Shown: positions 1 to 10,221, counted from the stretch's first letter. The stretch is DNA of 64,000 nt from Candidatus Heimdallarchaeota archaeon (GCA_011364965.1 RDOB01000002.1:288001-352000), one strand, 5' to 3'. The notes: generated by a model not told the origin, from the letters alone. Program-made: numbers and translations.

Positions 1-91
1 GATTTCATCAAGGAAATAGAATGAAATTAAAGGAGCAATTATACGAAAATTATTTGATGAAATGATGAAGGTATAACTTGAGGAAAAGCAA

Positions 92-1183
92 ATGACTTTG
101 TCAAATCAACGTCTTCAGCGTATACAGAACCTGATGAGTAATTCAAATATTGGTACAATAATAATTCCCCTAGGTATCAATTTCCACTATATATTTAGCT
201 CCCAATTAGAGGAGCCAAGTGAAAGACTTCTTTTAGGAATTATAAATGACAATAATTCTCCTAAATTATTAGTTCCGAATTTTGAAATTGCTAGAATGAA
301 GCAAATGACTGGGATTTCAGATGTAATTGGCTGGGAGGAAACTCATGATCCATATAAACAGATTGCTGATTTGGTACCACATGATAGACAGAAATCCATT
401 GCTATTGAACCAAAAATGTGGTTTTCGGTTTACAATCAACTTTCACAGTCCTTGAACGAGTATACTATCGTCTCAGCTGAAAACATATTTAACATAGTTA
501 GAGCAGAAAAAGACGAAACTGAACGGAAATTGATACTTGAAGCTTCACAGAAATCTGGTAATGCAATTATAGAAGTATTATATGAACTAGAAACTGGAAT
601 GACTGAAATTGATGCTTCAAAAATACTAAAAGAGAAGTTGAATTGGGGAATAGACCAGAAAACATTCGCTTTGGTGCAATTTGGAGAAAATAGTGCACTA
701 CCTCATTATCATGGAGGAGAGAAAAAACTTGAAAAAAACAATGTTGTTCTAATTGATGCTGGAGGCTCATTAGAAAATTACTGGGGAGATATTACAATAA
801 CTGCGGTATGGGGTGAAGCACCAAGAGACTTTAAAGAAATTTTTGACATTGTATATACAGCCAATGAAAATGCTAAAGCAGCTACGAACGATAATAAACT
901 CCCCGGTGACATTGATGCTGCAGCTCGTGATTATATCAGAAGTTTTGGTTATGGAGAATATTTTACTCATCGAACTGGACATGGAATTGGCTTAGAAGTT
1001 CATGAACATCCTTATATTGTGGGAAAGAACCATAATCCCCTGAAAACTGGAAACGCTTTCACTATTGAACCTGGAATATACTTACCCGAAAAATTTGGTG
1101 TACGTATCGAAGATAATGTAATTAAAACAGAAGAAGGTATAAGAACAAGCGAAATTCCGAGATATGAGATCATGGAAATTTAA
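92..1183 (+). CDS. pepQ: Xaa-Pro dipeptidase/aminopeptidase (M24B)
   Basis: Creatinase N-domain plus M24 motifs DAGG, GDITIT, HRTGHGIGLEVHE, TIEPGIY, GVRIED. Confidence 0.92.
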   Translation: MTLSNQRLQRIQNLMSNSNIGTIIIPLGINFHYIFSSQLEEPSERLLLGIINDNNSPKLLVPNFEIARMKQMTGISDVIGWEETHDPYKQIADLVPHDRQKSIAIEPKMWFSVYNQLSQSLNEYTIVSAENIFNIVRAEKDETERKLILEASQKSGNAIIEVLYELETGMTEIDASKILKEKLNWGIDQKTFALVQFGENSALPHYHGGEKKLEKNNVVLIDAGGSLENYWGDITITAVWGEAPRDFKEIFDIVYTANENAKAATNDNKLPGDIDAAARDYIRSFGYGEYFTHRTGHGIGLEVHEHPYIVGKNHNPLKTGNAFTIEPGIYLPEKFGVRIEDNVIKTEEGIRTSEIPRYEIMEI

Positions 1184-1488
1184 AAAAAAATTCGTAGCAA
1201 TTATGTTATTTAAGAAACAAGGGAATATTATTTCAGTAATCGTCTCTTGATTTTATAGAAAATTTGAAAAAAAAGATAAATTCATATTCTTTTACTTGAT
1301 TCAGGTTGTTGAAAATGCAAATGTGGAAAGTTCAAATAGCTTATACTTATCTTAATTGGACTTTATCCCATGAAGCACAATATCTTAACGATCCTGACAA
1401 GCTGGCTTTAATGATCAATTTTTACCCGATTAAATATTTAATTCCCTTAGAGAAAGCATAATATCTGTGTAACAAGTTTGGAGTCTAG

Positions 1489-2511
1489 TTGATTACCATG
1501 GAAATTAGAAAAATCCAAGTAACGGGAGCAGGTGATACTAGGATTATCAGTCTCCCCAAAGAATGGGCTGAACGACACAATCTCGACAAAGGTTCAAATA
1601 TTATAATCAAAGAGCTGACAAATGGCGACTTGATTATCTACCCTCAAGACTCCTTATCAGAGAAACGTTTTTCGAGAATAATTGAATCGGATCATGTCAG
1701 TAGAGATATTTTAGCGGCTTATTTACTTGGTAGCGATGTAATTATTGTCAGCTCGAAGAAAGGTGAATCTTTCAGTAAAAGAAGTGAGATTAAAGAGCTT
1801 AGTCGTCAATTAATTGGATTAGAGGTTTTAGGTGAGACAAAAGATAGCATCGAACTTCATTTTTTGATAGGTGAAGAAAAAGAAAATCCTAAGAAGTATG
1901 TAAAGCGATGCTTTTCAATTGCGAACCTAATGCAAAAAGATGCATTTATGGCTTTCCTTAATTCTGATATCATTCTTGCAGATGAAGTGATCGAACGGGA
2001 TGTCGAAGTTAATAGACTTTATTTCTTAATAGTTCGAATGCTAAAAATAATGGTTGATGACAAAAGAGAGATTTCCTATTTAAAATCTACTGCTTGTTTG
2101 GATTGGCGTATGGTTGCAGCATATGGAGAAGATTTGGGTGATGCTGCTGTTGAATTTGCAGAAATGATTAAAAATTCACCAGAAATGAAGGATAAGCTAT
2201 CTAAAACAACTCTGTCCAAAATCCGCACGTTAAGTGAGTTAACAACAGATGTATTAAAAGAGAGTCTGGAGAGCTTTTTTAGTCAGAATGTCAATGTTGC
2301 AGAGAAATTGAAAAATCGGATTCGTAATCAACTTCAAAATCTTCATACTGAAATTCAGGAAGATATTTCGAAACTAGAAACAGAGGTGGTTTGGAAACTC
2401 TCGTCTCTATTGAATTTTTTTAAGTTATTGAGAGAAACAGCCATTGATATCGGTGATTTAGTCATTGCTAACGATACATCAATTGATTCGGACTCAATAA
2501 ACAATGAATAA
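1489..2511 (+). CDS. phoU: Archaeal phosphate uptake regulator (AbrB/MazE N-domain + PhoU domains)
   Basis: RKIQVTG...ISLPKEWA N-terminus; VIERDVEVNRLYFL PhoU repeat. Confidence 0.85.
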   Translation: MITMEIRKIQVTGAGDTRIISLPKEWAERHNLDKGSNIIIKELTNGDLIIYPQDSLSEKRFSRIIESDHVSRDILAAYLLGSDVIIVSSKKGESFSKRSEIKELSRQLIGLEVLGETKDSIELHFLIGEEKENPKKYVKRCFSIANLMQKDAFMAFLNSDIILADEVIERDVEVNRLYFLIVRMLKIMVDDKREISYLKSTACLDWRMVAAYGEDLGDAAVEFAEMIKNSPEMKDKLSKTTLSKIRTLSELTTDVLKESLESFFSQNVNVAEKLKNRIRNQLQNLHTEIQEDISKLETEVVWKLSSLLNFFKLLRETAIDIGDLVIANDTSIDSDSINNE

Positions 2512-2591
2512 CGGAAAAAAGATCGAAATTTTAATATAGAAGTACCAATTTCCAAGCTATCAAACAGAATTTGCCTTGGAGGCAGGTTTTT

Positions 2592-2822
2592 ATGAGTATC
2601 AAAGATGAAATTGCTAGTGCATTAGATGAAATACGTCCATATTTGCAAAGAGACGGTGGAGATGTAGAATTTGTAGATTATGACGCTGAAAGTGGAGTTC
2701 TAAAAGTAAAATTAGTGGGAAGCTGTAGGGGGTGTCCTTATTCACAAATGACTTTAGCAAATGGGATTAAACAAACACTCCAACGAAATTTCCCCCAATT
2801 GAACGATGTTGTGGGAGTTTAG
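2592..2822 (+). CDS. NifU/Nfu-domain Fe-S cluster scaffold/carrier
   Basis: IRPYLQRDGGDVE...GSCRGCP; ATG at 2592 preferred over TTG at 2571. Confidence 0.9.
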   Translation: MSIKDEIASALDEIRPYLQRDGGDVEFVDYDAESGVLKVKLVGSCRGCPYSQMTLANGIKQTLQRNFPQLNDVVGV

Positions 2823-2851
2823 AATAAAAGGAGGGCATTTCTTTCTTTTTA

Positions 2852-3628
2852 TTATGATTCTAAACTTTTTTCCATCTCGTTTAACATATACTCAAAATCT
2901 TTGCCAATTGTTAGTAAATGGCCTGAATTTTTTAATCTTAAAACACGAATCTGGGTTTCAGAAGTAAACTTATTGCATATTGCTTCTTCAATTGCATGTA
3001 TTGAAACAGTTTCATCCAGTAATCCATATATAACTAAGGTAGGTATAGTGATTTGCATGTTAGTGGATTTTATCACCTTAAGAAACGTAATTAGATCTTG
3101 AATGCTCTTAGTTGGATAATAATAGTAGCTATATAGATTATTATCTTTGTACAACTGAAGGGTACCATCCCCTTTATACACATACTTTTTTACATATTTT
3201 AGAATAGGAGAAAAGTAGGCCAATTTCGATTTGGGAGCAAAGATAGGCGCTAATAAAATCAATTTACAAATATTGGCTTCCTTAACGTTATGAACCAAGT
3301 ATAAACACAATGTAGCCCCCATAGAAATCCCTATCGGTACAATATTGTCACATTTTGATTTAAGAAAATTATAACCGTCTTCTACAGAGGCATACCAATC
3401 TTTCCAAGAGTATTTCGTCATTTCTTTGTAATTTATACCGTGTCCAGCTAAACGAACTCCAAGTACTGTATATCCCTTGGAATTTAGATACTTTCCAACC
3501 GGAAGCATTTCAGTGGGTGATGCAGTAAAACCATGTACTAATAATAATCCAATTTTTAATGTTCCTTCGAAATAGAAAGGCTCTGTGAGGTGCTTCACAG
3601 CCTCAAGTTCATCTTTCTCGACTACCAT
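2852..3628 (-). CDS. Carboxylesterase / monoacylglycerol lipase-like alpha/beta hydrolase
   Basis: HGFTASP oxyanion motif, GISMG nucleophile, D and H (SGHLL) of the triad; start trimmed to MVVEK. Confidence 0.88.
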   Translation of the reverse strand: MVVEKDELEAVKHLTEPFYFEGTLKIGLLLVHGFTASPTEMLPVGKYLNSKGYTVLGVRLAGHGINYKEMTKYSWKDWYASVEDGYNFLKSKCDNIVPIGISMGATLCLYLVHNVKEANICKLILLAPIFAPKSKLAYFSPILKYVKKYVYKGDGTLQLYKDNNLYSYYYYPTKSIQDLITFLKVIKSTNMQITIPTLVIYGLLDETVSIHAIEEAICNKFTSETQIRVLRLKNSGHLLTIGKDFEYMLNEMEKSLES

Positions 3629-3752
3629 GAATATCATCGCTCTATTAATTATTTCTGTTAATATAAAATATTTATATTTGCATTTAAACTGAAATGAAAA
3701 AACTAAAGAATCATGTAACATTGCGAATTTAAGTAAGTATGCAACACTTCAA

Positions 3753-5147
3753 TTGAGAGTGAATAATTTGTTTCATCATACTCCAGCAGGTAATAAAAAA
3801 TTCAAAGTAACTTTATTTGTGCTTTGGCTTTTAATGACTTCTGGAGTGGTTTCTACCGCCACCAGTTATCAAACAGTGATCAAATCTAATCAAACTCAAA
3901 TTAGGGTTGTTGAGGAGCAATTACCGATCTTAGGAGGAATTAACTCCATAAGAGCTGTGATAGGTTCTAGTACTATTGGTGTGGGGTATGGTACACCATC
4001 GAATCCACAATCCATCGCGATCTTTACAAGTTTTTCACAGAATATCGCTAAAATTGAATTGAAGGACAGACAGGGAATTGTTATAAATCGTACGCAATTA
4101 ATTACAAGAAATAGCTTTCTCGTGTCATTAGATAGTATAATTGAATTTAATGATGTGAATGATGACAACATTTCTAGTTCATTAGAAATTCATCGAGCAT
4201 ATCGGATGATTAATTTGTCACAAATTCAATTCAATATAGAAAGAATAGGTTTTGGTCCAAACACCACAGAAGGAGAAATTCATTACCAACTCAGATTATT
4301 TGCTGAGGAGATTCCGTACATAGATTTGTGGGGAGGATCTTCCTCTGATACGCTAGATCAATTAGTTTTCACTTTTGACCTGTTCATGAGAAGGGACACA
4401 ATCATAATGAGTTCTGTGCCAATTATCTCTGTACAGCCAGTAAATCGACAACTGCGTATATCTATTGATAATGAAAATCTTACTACCCCTGCTAATAGAT
4501 TTACTCCTCGATTGAAGTTTTCTTGTAATATTTTAGGTTGGGATTATTCATCTCCTAAATCTAAATTATTACTTATAGTAAATTCGTTTACACGTGAAGA
4601 CATCCAGTCATTAGGAAATATTTCAGGACTTCCTTTAAATTCCGAGGTTTTGAAAAATACTAATTTATTATCTACCATTGGATTTATGGCAAAACGCTTA
4701 GGAGTTACAACTTCTTATAACATGGATCTCAGTGAGCGTCAGCGAATAAATTTCACTTCTTATCGGTTTTTAAATAATCAATACTCTCTTCAGAATTCAT
4801 TAAGAAGTTATTTAAATTTCAGCTGGCTACCAAATGTAAATGTAGATGGAATTGTACACCCAGTTGTATTTCAACCCTTGCTTTCAGGTGAAAGAAATCT
4901 AGATCTTGGTTTCTCTCACCAGGTTTCCACTTTTTATTTGTTAGGTGGATTTATTTTCCCACAAGGAACCGAAATAAATTATGATCCGGAAATTCAGCTT
5001 GAAGAGCTCAATCCAATTTTTAAATTCCTAGCAATCCCAAATCGAATGTTATTAGAACAGAGTAGTTTACTAATCCTAATATCTGGATTTCTCTTAGGAA
5101 TTGTAATAATATTCCGTCAACGAATTAGAATAAAAAAACAAAACTAA
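3753..5147 (+). CDS. Secreted/membrane-anchored beta-rich surface protein, apparently related to 6396..8255
   Basis: N-terminal signal, C-terminal TM helix plus basic tail; IIEFNDVNDD, LKFSCNILGW, INYDPEI motifs. Confidence 0.6.
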   Translation: MRVNNLFHHTPAGNKKFKVTLFVLWLLMTSGVVSTATSYQTVIKSNQTQIRVVEEQLPILGGINSIRAVIGSSTIGVGYGTPSNPQSIAIFTSFSQNIAKIELKDRQGIVINRTQLITRNSFLVSLDSIIEFNDVNDDNISSSLEIHRAYRMINLSQIQFNIERIGFGPNTTEGEIHYQLRLFAEEIPYIDLWGGSSSDTLDQLVFTFDLFMRRDTIIMSSVPIISVQPVNRQLRISIDNENLTTPANRFTPRLKFSCNILGWDYSSPKSKLLLIVNSFTREDIQSLGNISGLPLNSEVLKNTNLLSTIGFMAKRLGVTTSYNMDLSERQRINFTSYRFLNNQYSLQNSLRSYLNFSWLPNVNVDGIVHPVVFQPLLSGERNLDLGFSHQVSTFYLLGGFIFPQGTEINYDPEIQLEELNPIFKFLAIPNRMLLEQSSLLILISGFLLGIVIIFRQRIRIKKQN

Positions 5148-5180
5148 TTTCCTAGAACATTCGATTGAGGATCAAGTATT

Positions 5181-6074
5181 ATGGGCACTAATGGTCACAA
5201 TGTATCAGAAACCCCTCCAATTCAGGACTTATACGCTGCCCTAGGTCACGCAATTCGATATGATATAGTTCAATATTTGGGAACCTTTCACAGGCCAGTT
5301 CATTATAAAGAATTGGTTGAATGGTTGAATATAAAACCTGGTTCTTTTTATTTTCATATGAAGAAACTCGAAGGCCTTGTTGCACAAGATGACCACAAGA
5401 GGTTTTATTTAACACCTTCTGGGTTATTCACTCTCGATCTATTGAGATCTGGAGAAAATCTAAGATCGCAAACACCCAAAAGAATTACAGAAGAAACAGA
5501 TGAGCCCCTAAATCCTCCAGAAAGATTTAAAATTACGTTATTTGGTGAATTCGTTCGAAGGAAGGCATTTAATGCTCAATATAAGTCGCTTATGGTAATA
5601 ATTCTTCTTTTACAAATTTTTATCCTCGAATTGGCTAAACTTGGAGTGATTCCGTTTTATTTTGATGGGCGTCTTTATATCAATGCCATCGTTGGAGCAA
5701 TTGAGCTTATCCTTACCTTTATGGTAGTATGGATTTTACTAGAGTTAATTTCGCGGTTCCTTAGCCCGATAAAAGGATTTTCAATTGAATTACTAGTAGG
5801 AATACCTTTAGCGATGTCACCGTTGTTTATTTATCCTGTTTTGGTATTCTTCGCTACAATCACTAATTTAAGTTTACTTTTGGATTTATTAGCGCATCCA
5901 GTTGTATCTGTCGGGTCATTATTTCTATTACAGATTTTAAGTGCAATATTTTTGATACAATTACTGCAAGTCATTAAATCCTTAAATTTTGAGAGAGCAT
6001 TAATTCCAGTGTTTATATTACTATATGGTTTCAGTATCCTTACTTTCATTCTAACCAATCTTATTTCAGGTTAG
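5181..6074 (+). CDS. ArsR-like winged-helix regulator fused to a ~5-TM membrane domain
   Basis: ALGHAIRYDIV...SFYFHMKKL...FYLTPSG wHTH followed by hydrophobic helices. Confidence 0.8.
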   Translation: MGTNGHNVSETPPIQDLYAALGHAIRYDIVQYLGTFHRPVHYKELVEWLNIKPGSFYFHMKKLEGLVAQDDHKRFYLTPSGLFTLDLLRSGENLRSQTPKRITEETDEPLNPPERFKITLFGEFVRRKAFNAQYKSLMVIILLLQIFILELAKLGVIPFYFDGRLYINAIVGAIELILTFMVVWILLELISRFLSPIKGFSIELLVGIPLAMSPLFIYPVLVFFATITNLSLLLDLLAHPVVSVGSLFLLQILSAIFLIQLLQVIKSLNFERALIPVFILLYGFSILTFILTNLISG

Positions 6075-6137
6075 ATGATTCTTGCCAATTTATAATTACT
6101 AATCATACTTATTCCTTATAATAAACCGTAATTATAA

Positions 6138-6157
6138 ATTTCAACAATGGTTGAAAT
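6138..6157. promoter_or_regulatory. Perfect 8-4-8 inverted repeat, candidate operator
   Basis: ATTTCAAC-AATG-GTTGAAAT; partial second copy TTTTCAAC-ATTG-GTAAAAGT at 6321-6340. Confidence 0.55.
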
Positions 6158-6395
6158 CTAAGAATCGCATATTATTTTCAAATTATGAGCTAGATTAAGG
6201 GATAAATGCTCTCTGATAGGATAATGTCAAACCATGCATAAATTAAAAGAGAAAAGCAGCATTTTTTTCCTATAAATGTGTTTTAAGGATTAAGTGATCC
6301 AAAAAAAGGCGATTAAAAAATTTTCAACATTGGTAAAAGTAAAAATGCTTAAACCATAAAGTGTTTGTATTAACCACACAAGAAGGTGAATACTA

Positions 6396-8255
6396 ATGAA
6401 AATTACCAAAATCAAAAAAATAATAATATTTATTCTATTCATTATATCAATCTTCGGGATGACAATTTTTCCGAGTTCAGGTACTTCATCAGAGGTTCCG
6501 ATTAGTGTTACACGTCCACTAGGTACAATGCAGGCCCAAATTCATAATGCTTTTCTGTGGCTAATCAAAAATATGCAAAGTGCGAATTTTACACCCGATA
6601 ATGTATACTACAGTGTGTTTGATAATGCAGGGAGCTATCAATATCCTATTAAAGGGGCAAGAGAACAGAATATTTCGGTTAATCTTTTACCATTAAAGGT
6701 ACAACTTAACATTACCATTGAACGAATGCAAAACGATCTTTCTGCTGATCCTTCTAATTTAGCGTATTTAGAAAGCTTGGCACTTGAACTCCGTGCTCAT
6801 AATTATATTAATATTTATAATAAAGTTGATACGGATCTTCAAATAACAAGTAACCGAGATAAAAAAGTAGTAGCAATTTTCTATGATAATGATCGTAGCG
6901 TATTTGAAGTTTTAGAACAGATTAGAAACGAGGAAGACATTACTAATCAACCCTTTACTGGGGATGAAATCCTCACTAATGTGTTTATGGAGCTTCAAAA
7001 AGATGAAGTTCTTGGAACATATGAAGTTTGGAATGAATGGAGATATCAAGAAGATGGTTTAGAGGCATCCTTATTGAAAGATTTTATTGAAAAGCTCTCT
7101 ACTCATCGCTGGCTTGTTCGAGAGCTTGCGTTCCTATATGAACTCCGAGGAATCAACATTATGCGAATGCTACTTGGTCCAGATCATTTTCAATTCACTC
7201 CTGGTCCTGAGCCCCGAACTATCGAACGAGGCCGATTTTCAATTTCTCAGTTGAAAATTGATGAGCTCACTCTACAAAAAATTGGAAATAATTTAATAAT
7301 CAAAGATTATGAATATACTTACTTTGAACATCATTTCCTTGGAAGTTTAGTGTATAATGATACTAATATGAATGGTTACATGGATATCGGGGTCAGAAAT
7401 GCGACAGTAGGGGAATATAATATTGCTTATCCCTCGATTGGAGATGAAGCACTTTTCCGTTTTGACATGGAGGATATAGAGACACGTATCTACCAAAAAC
7501 CAGTCTCTGATGGGGATGTACTGGAATTTGGTTCCGAATTCACTAATGTTGAGGGATATCTTCGTCCTATGGAAAGAAATGCAGATTATTCCATGTTTGA
7601 TGTGTCCACTGAAGAATCCTATACTATTGACGAAGTTTCCACTCTGTTCCATTTCAGCGTGAATAATACTGACGGAAGCGCAGAGTTGAAGTTTGATTAT
7701 GTATTAGGTGAATGGAGTAATGTAGAGGGTCTTGAAGGTTTATCATTTAATCAATTAATGGCTTCTACGGTTGTTGACGGAAAAAGAGAACGAACTATTC
7801 AATGGCGAAATAGTACTGATTCTGAGTTGGATGATGAATTTGAAAACGCAACTCGAATTTCTAAGTTCCGCTTTGCTGACTCAGAAGAAATGTTTGGTGA
7901 AATTCGTCTTGATGACATCCCCTATTTATGGGATGATACTGAGGAGGTAAATGCAGTTGGTCAACTTATTCCTATGAATCTTATTGACATCGCTTTTGGT
8001 GTTGTTTCGAGCGAAGCTGACTTGATAAGAAATTTCAGAGCAGATACTCAAAGAAAAACGTTTATTTATTCAGTTTCCTATCCTAAATGGGATGGTAAAA
8101 GAATTGTGCATGATCCTACCTATGCTGTCATGGGTGGCATTGCAGCAGATGCAGAACAAACTGGAGGCGTTATTGCTGGTTTTGAATTTGCAACTTTTCT
8201 CTTAGCTATCCCTATTCTCGCAGTTGGAGAGATCTATCGTAGAAAACGGGTATAA
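6396..8255 (+). CDS. Large acidic cell-surface protein with PGF-CTERM-like sorting signal
   Basis: Signal peptide, YNDTNMNGYMD, LKFDYVLGEW, IVHDPTY; C-terminal AGFEF + TM + RRKRV; GGTGA RBS upstream. Confidence 0.7.
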   Translation: MKITKIKKIIIFILFIISIFGMTIFPSSGTSSEVPISVTRPLGTMQAQIHNAFLWLIKNMQSANFTPDNVYYSVFDNAGSYQYPIKGAREQNISVNLLPLKVQLNITIERMQNDLSADPSNLAYLESLALELRAHNYINIYNKVDTDLQITSNRDKKVVAIFYDNDRSVFEVLEQIRNEEDITNQPFTGDEILTNVFMELQKDEVLGTYEVWNEWRYQEDGLEASLLKDFIEKLSTHRWLVRELAFLYELRGINIMRMLLGPDHFQFTPGPEPRTIERGRFSISQLKIDELTLQKIGNNLIIKDYEYTYFEHHFLGSLVYNDTNMNGYMDIGVRNATVGEYNIAYPSIGDEALFRFDMEDIETRIYQKPVSDGDVLEFGSEFTNVEGYLRPMERNADYSMFDVSTEESYTIDEVSTLFHFSVNNTDGSAELKFDYVLGEWSNVEGLEGLSFNQLMASTVVDGKRERTIQWRNSTDSELDDEFENATRISKFRFADSEEMFGEIRLDDIPYLWDDTEEVNAVGQLIPMNLIDIAFGVVSSEADLIRNFRADTQRKTFIYSVSYPKWDGKRIVHDPTYAVMGGIAADAEQTGGVIAGFEFATFLLAIPILAVGEIYRRKRV

Positions 8256-8274
8256 TCTTACAATAAGACGTACT

Positions 8275-8297
8275 CTTTTTCCCCTTTTCTTTTTTTT
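8275..8297 (+). terminator. Pyrimidine/T-rich tract between convergent genes, probable archaeal terminator
   Basis: ctttttccccttttcttttttt downstream of the 6396..8255 stop. Confidence 0.4.
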
Positions 8298-8300
8298 ATA

Positions 8301-9755
8301 TTATCCTTTGATATTTCCAATCGGAACTAGTTGTGAGACTTTCCGAGATAAATCTGCCCCATGAATGGACTCAACAACATCATTGATATTTTTATATGCA
8401 AATCCCGCTTCTTCAGCGAGTCCAGCCATCGAAGCTGCCCTGACATATATCCCTTTGGAAGCCATTTGGTCTTTTAATATGTTTCCTCTGATTTTTTTCT
8501 TAGCTTTCGCTCGAGACATAGTACGTCCAGAACCATGAGCTGTAGATCCAAAAGTTTGATCCATTGCAGTCTGTGTTCCTGCTAATAGGTAACTTCCAGT
8601 TTCCATGCTTCCTCCTAAGATAACTGGTTGTCCAACTGCACTATATATATTCGGTATATCTTTGGAACTTGGTCCGAAGGATCTGGTTGCCCCTTTTCTA
8701 TGAACTAATACTTTTTGCTTTTTTCCTTCAATCATATAATCTTCTTGTTTCGCAATGTTATGTGCAACATCATAAACCAAACTCATTTCCATATCTTCTG
8801 CCGATTGATTGAAAACTTTTTCAAATCCCATCCTAACCTGATGCAAAATAACTTGTCGGTTTGAAAATCCCATATTTGCTGCACACGCCATTGCTTTAAG
8901 ATATTCCTGTCCATCCCTACTCTGGATTGGAGCTGCAGAGAGTTCTCTTTCATATATGGGAATTCCCCAATCAGATTCCATTTTGTCCAGAAATAGCTTT
9001 AAATAATCTGAAGCAATTTGATGCCCAAAACCACGACTTCCACAGTGAATCATAGCAACAACTTGATCCTCAGAGTGAATTCCCATGATTCTTGCAGTTT
9101 CTGAATCAAAGATTTGGCTAACGCGTTGCACCTCTAGATAGTGATTACCTGAACCAAGTGTTCCAAGTTGACTTATTCCACGTGACTTCGCTTTTTCACT
9201 CACCGCGTCAAAATCTGCTCCTGGGATTTTGCCCTGACTTTCTTGCCTGTTTAAGTCTTCTTCCCAACCATAACCCTTCTCAATACACCATTCAGATCCA
9301 TTTTCGGACACATCACGAAATTCCTTTGTTGATAATCTTACAAATCCTTTCTTTCCAACTCCAGTTGGGATTAAATTATAGAGCGTGTCCATTAATTCCT
9401 TGATTTTTGGTTTTACTTGATTAAAGGTTAAATTTGTCGTTACAAGTCTCATTCCACAATTAATGTCGAAACCAATACCTCCAGGACTCACAACTCCCTT
9501 CTCAAGATCAAATGCAGCGACTCCTCCAATGGGAAATCCATACCCCCAATGGGCATCTGGCATAGTCATTGCATATCCAACTATCCCTGGTAATTTACTA
9601 ACGTTAATTATTTGCTCAAATACCCCCTGATCTAAGGTATTGTATATTTTTGGATTCCCATATATTTTTACCGGGACTTGCATTTTCATTTGGTGTTGAA
9701 TGGGAATTTCATGAATGTATTGGTTCTTTTTTTCAGCTTTATCCCTAATTGACAA
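8301..9755 (-). CDS. rtcB: RNA-splicing ligase RtcB
   Basis: MPDAHWGYGFPIGG, GFDINCG, GSGNHYLE, HCGSRG, HRKGAT, HGSGR. Confidence 0.97.
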   Translation of the reverse strand: MSIRDKAEKKNQYIHEIPIQHQMKMQVPVKIYGNPKIYNTLDQGVFEQIINVSKLPGIVGYAMTMPDAHWGYGFPIGGVAAFDLEKGVVSPGGIGFDINCGMRLVTTNLTFNQVKPKIKELMDTLYNLIPTGVGKKGFVRLSTKEFRDVSENGSEWCIEKGYGWEEDLNRQESQGKIPGADFDAVSEKAKSRGISQLGTLGSGNHYLEVQRVSQIFDSETARIMGIHSEDQVVAMIHCGSRGFGHQIASDYLKLFLDKMESDWGIPIYERELSAAPIQSRDGQEYLKAMACAANMGFSNRQVILHQVRMGFEKVFNQSAEDMEMSLVYDVAHNIAKQEDYMIEGKKQKVLVHRKGATRSFGPSSKDIPNIYSAVGQPVILGGSMETGSYLLAGTQTAMDQTFGSTAHGSGRTMSRAKAKKKIRGNILKDQMASKGIYVRAASMAGLAEEAGFAYKNINDVVESIHGADLSRKVSQLVPIGNIKG

Positions 9756-9774
9756 TTTTACTCACCATAGAACA

Positions 9775-10221
9775 TCATAAATCAAATGTGACTCTTGCTT
9801 TCCATCCATTTTCCATTTTTCTTACGAAAAGCTGGTAATATGTAATTGCTTTAACATCAGTTATTGTTTTAACTGAATCTGTAACTTCTTGACCTTTCAA
9901 TACAGCATTCAATACAAATTTAGAGTCTGAACTGCTCTTATTGATTGAGATTTCACATTCTTTGAACAATAAATATTCTGCATCCTTTAAGAATATCAAT
10001 TCTTCGAGAAAATTAAATAAAAGTCTTTCTAACGATAATTCAGATAACGATATTACTTTTTGAATTGATGAATTTAAGGAGCTCATCTCAACACTTGTTT
10101 CCATAAGCGCATAGAATCCGCTAAGAAAGATTTCTTCAAGCGTATCCCCTGTTAATTCAAAACAAGCGTCTGCAATTGCAATATCTTCTAGCAACAAGTA
10201 AGGAAATCTTTTCACCGCCAA
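9775..10221 (-). CDS. Archease (RtcB activator)
   Basis: ADACF N-terminal motif, VKAITYY, C-terminal FDL; adjacent to rtcB. Confidence 0.93.
   Translation of the reverse strand: MAVKRFPYLLLEDIAIADACFELTGDTLEEIFLSGFYALMETSVEMSSLNSSIQKVISLSELSLERLLFNFLEELIFLKDAEYLLFKECEISINKSSSDSKFVLNAVLKGQEVTDSVKTITDVKAITYYQLFVRKMENGWKARVTFDL

Noticed and set aside
1-76. Possible 3' end of an upstream CDS
   Set aside because: All three plus frames give short plausible peptides; cannot tell which, if any, is real
8301-10221. Archease-RtcB pair as a new RNA repair system
   Set aside because: Well-established conserved archaeal operon
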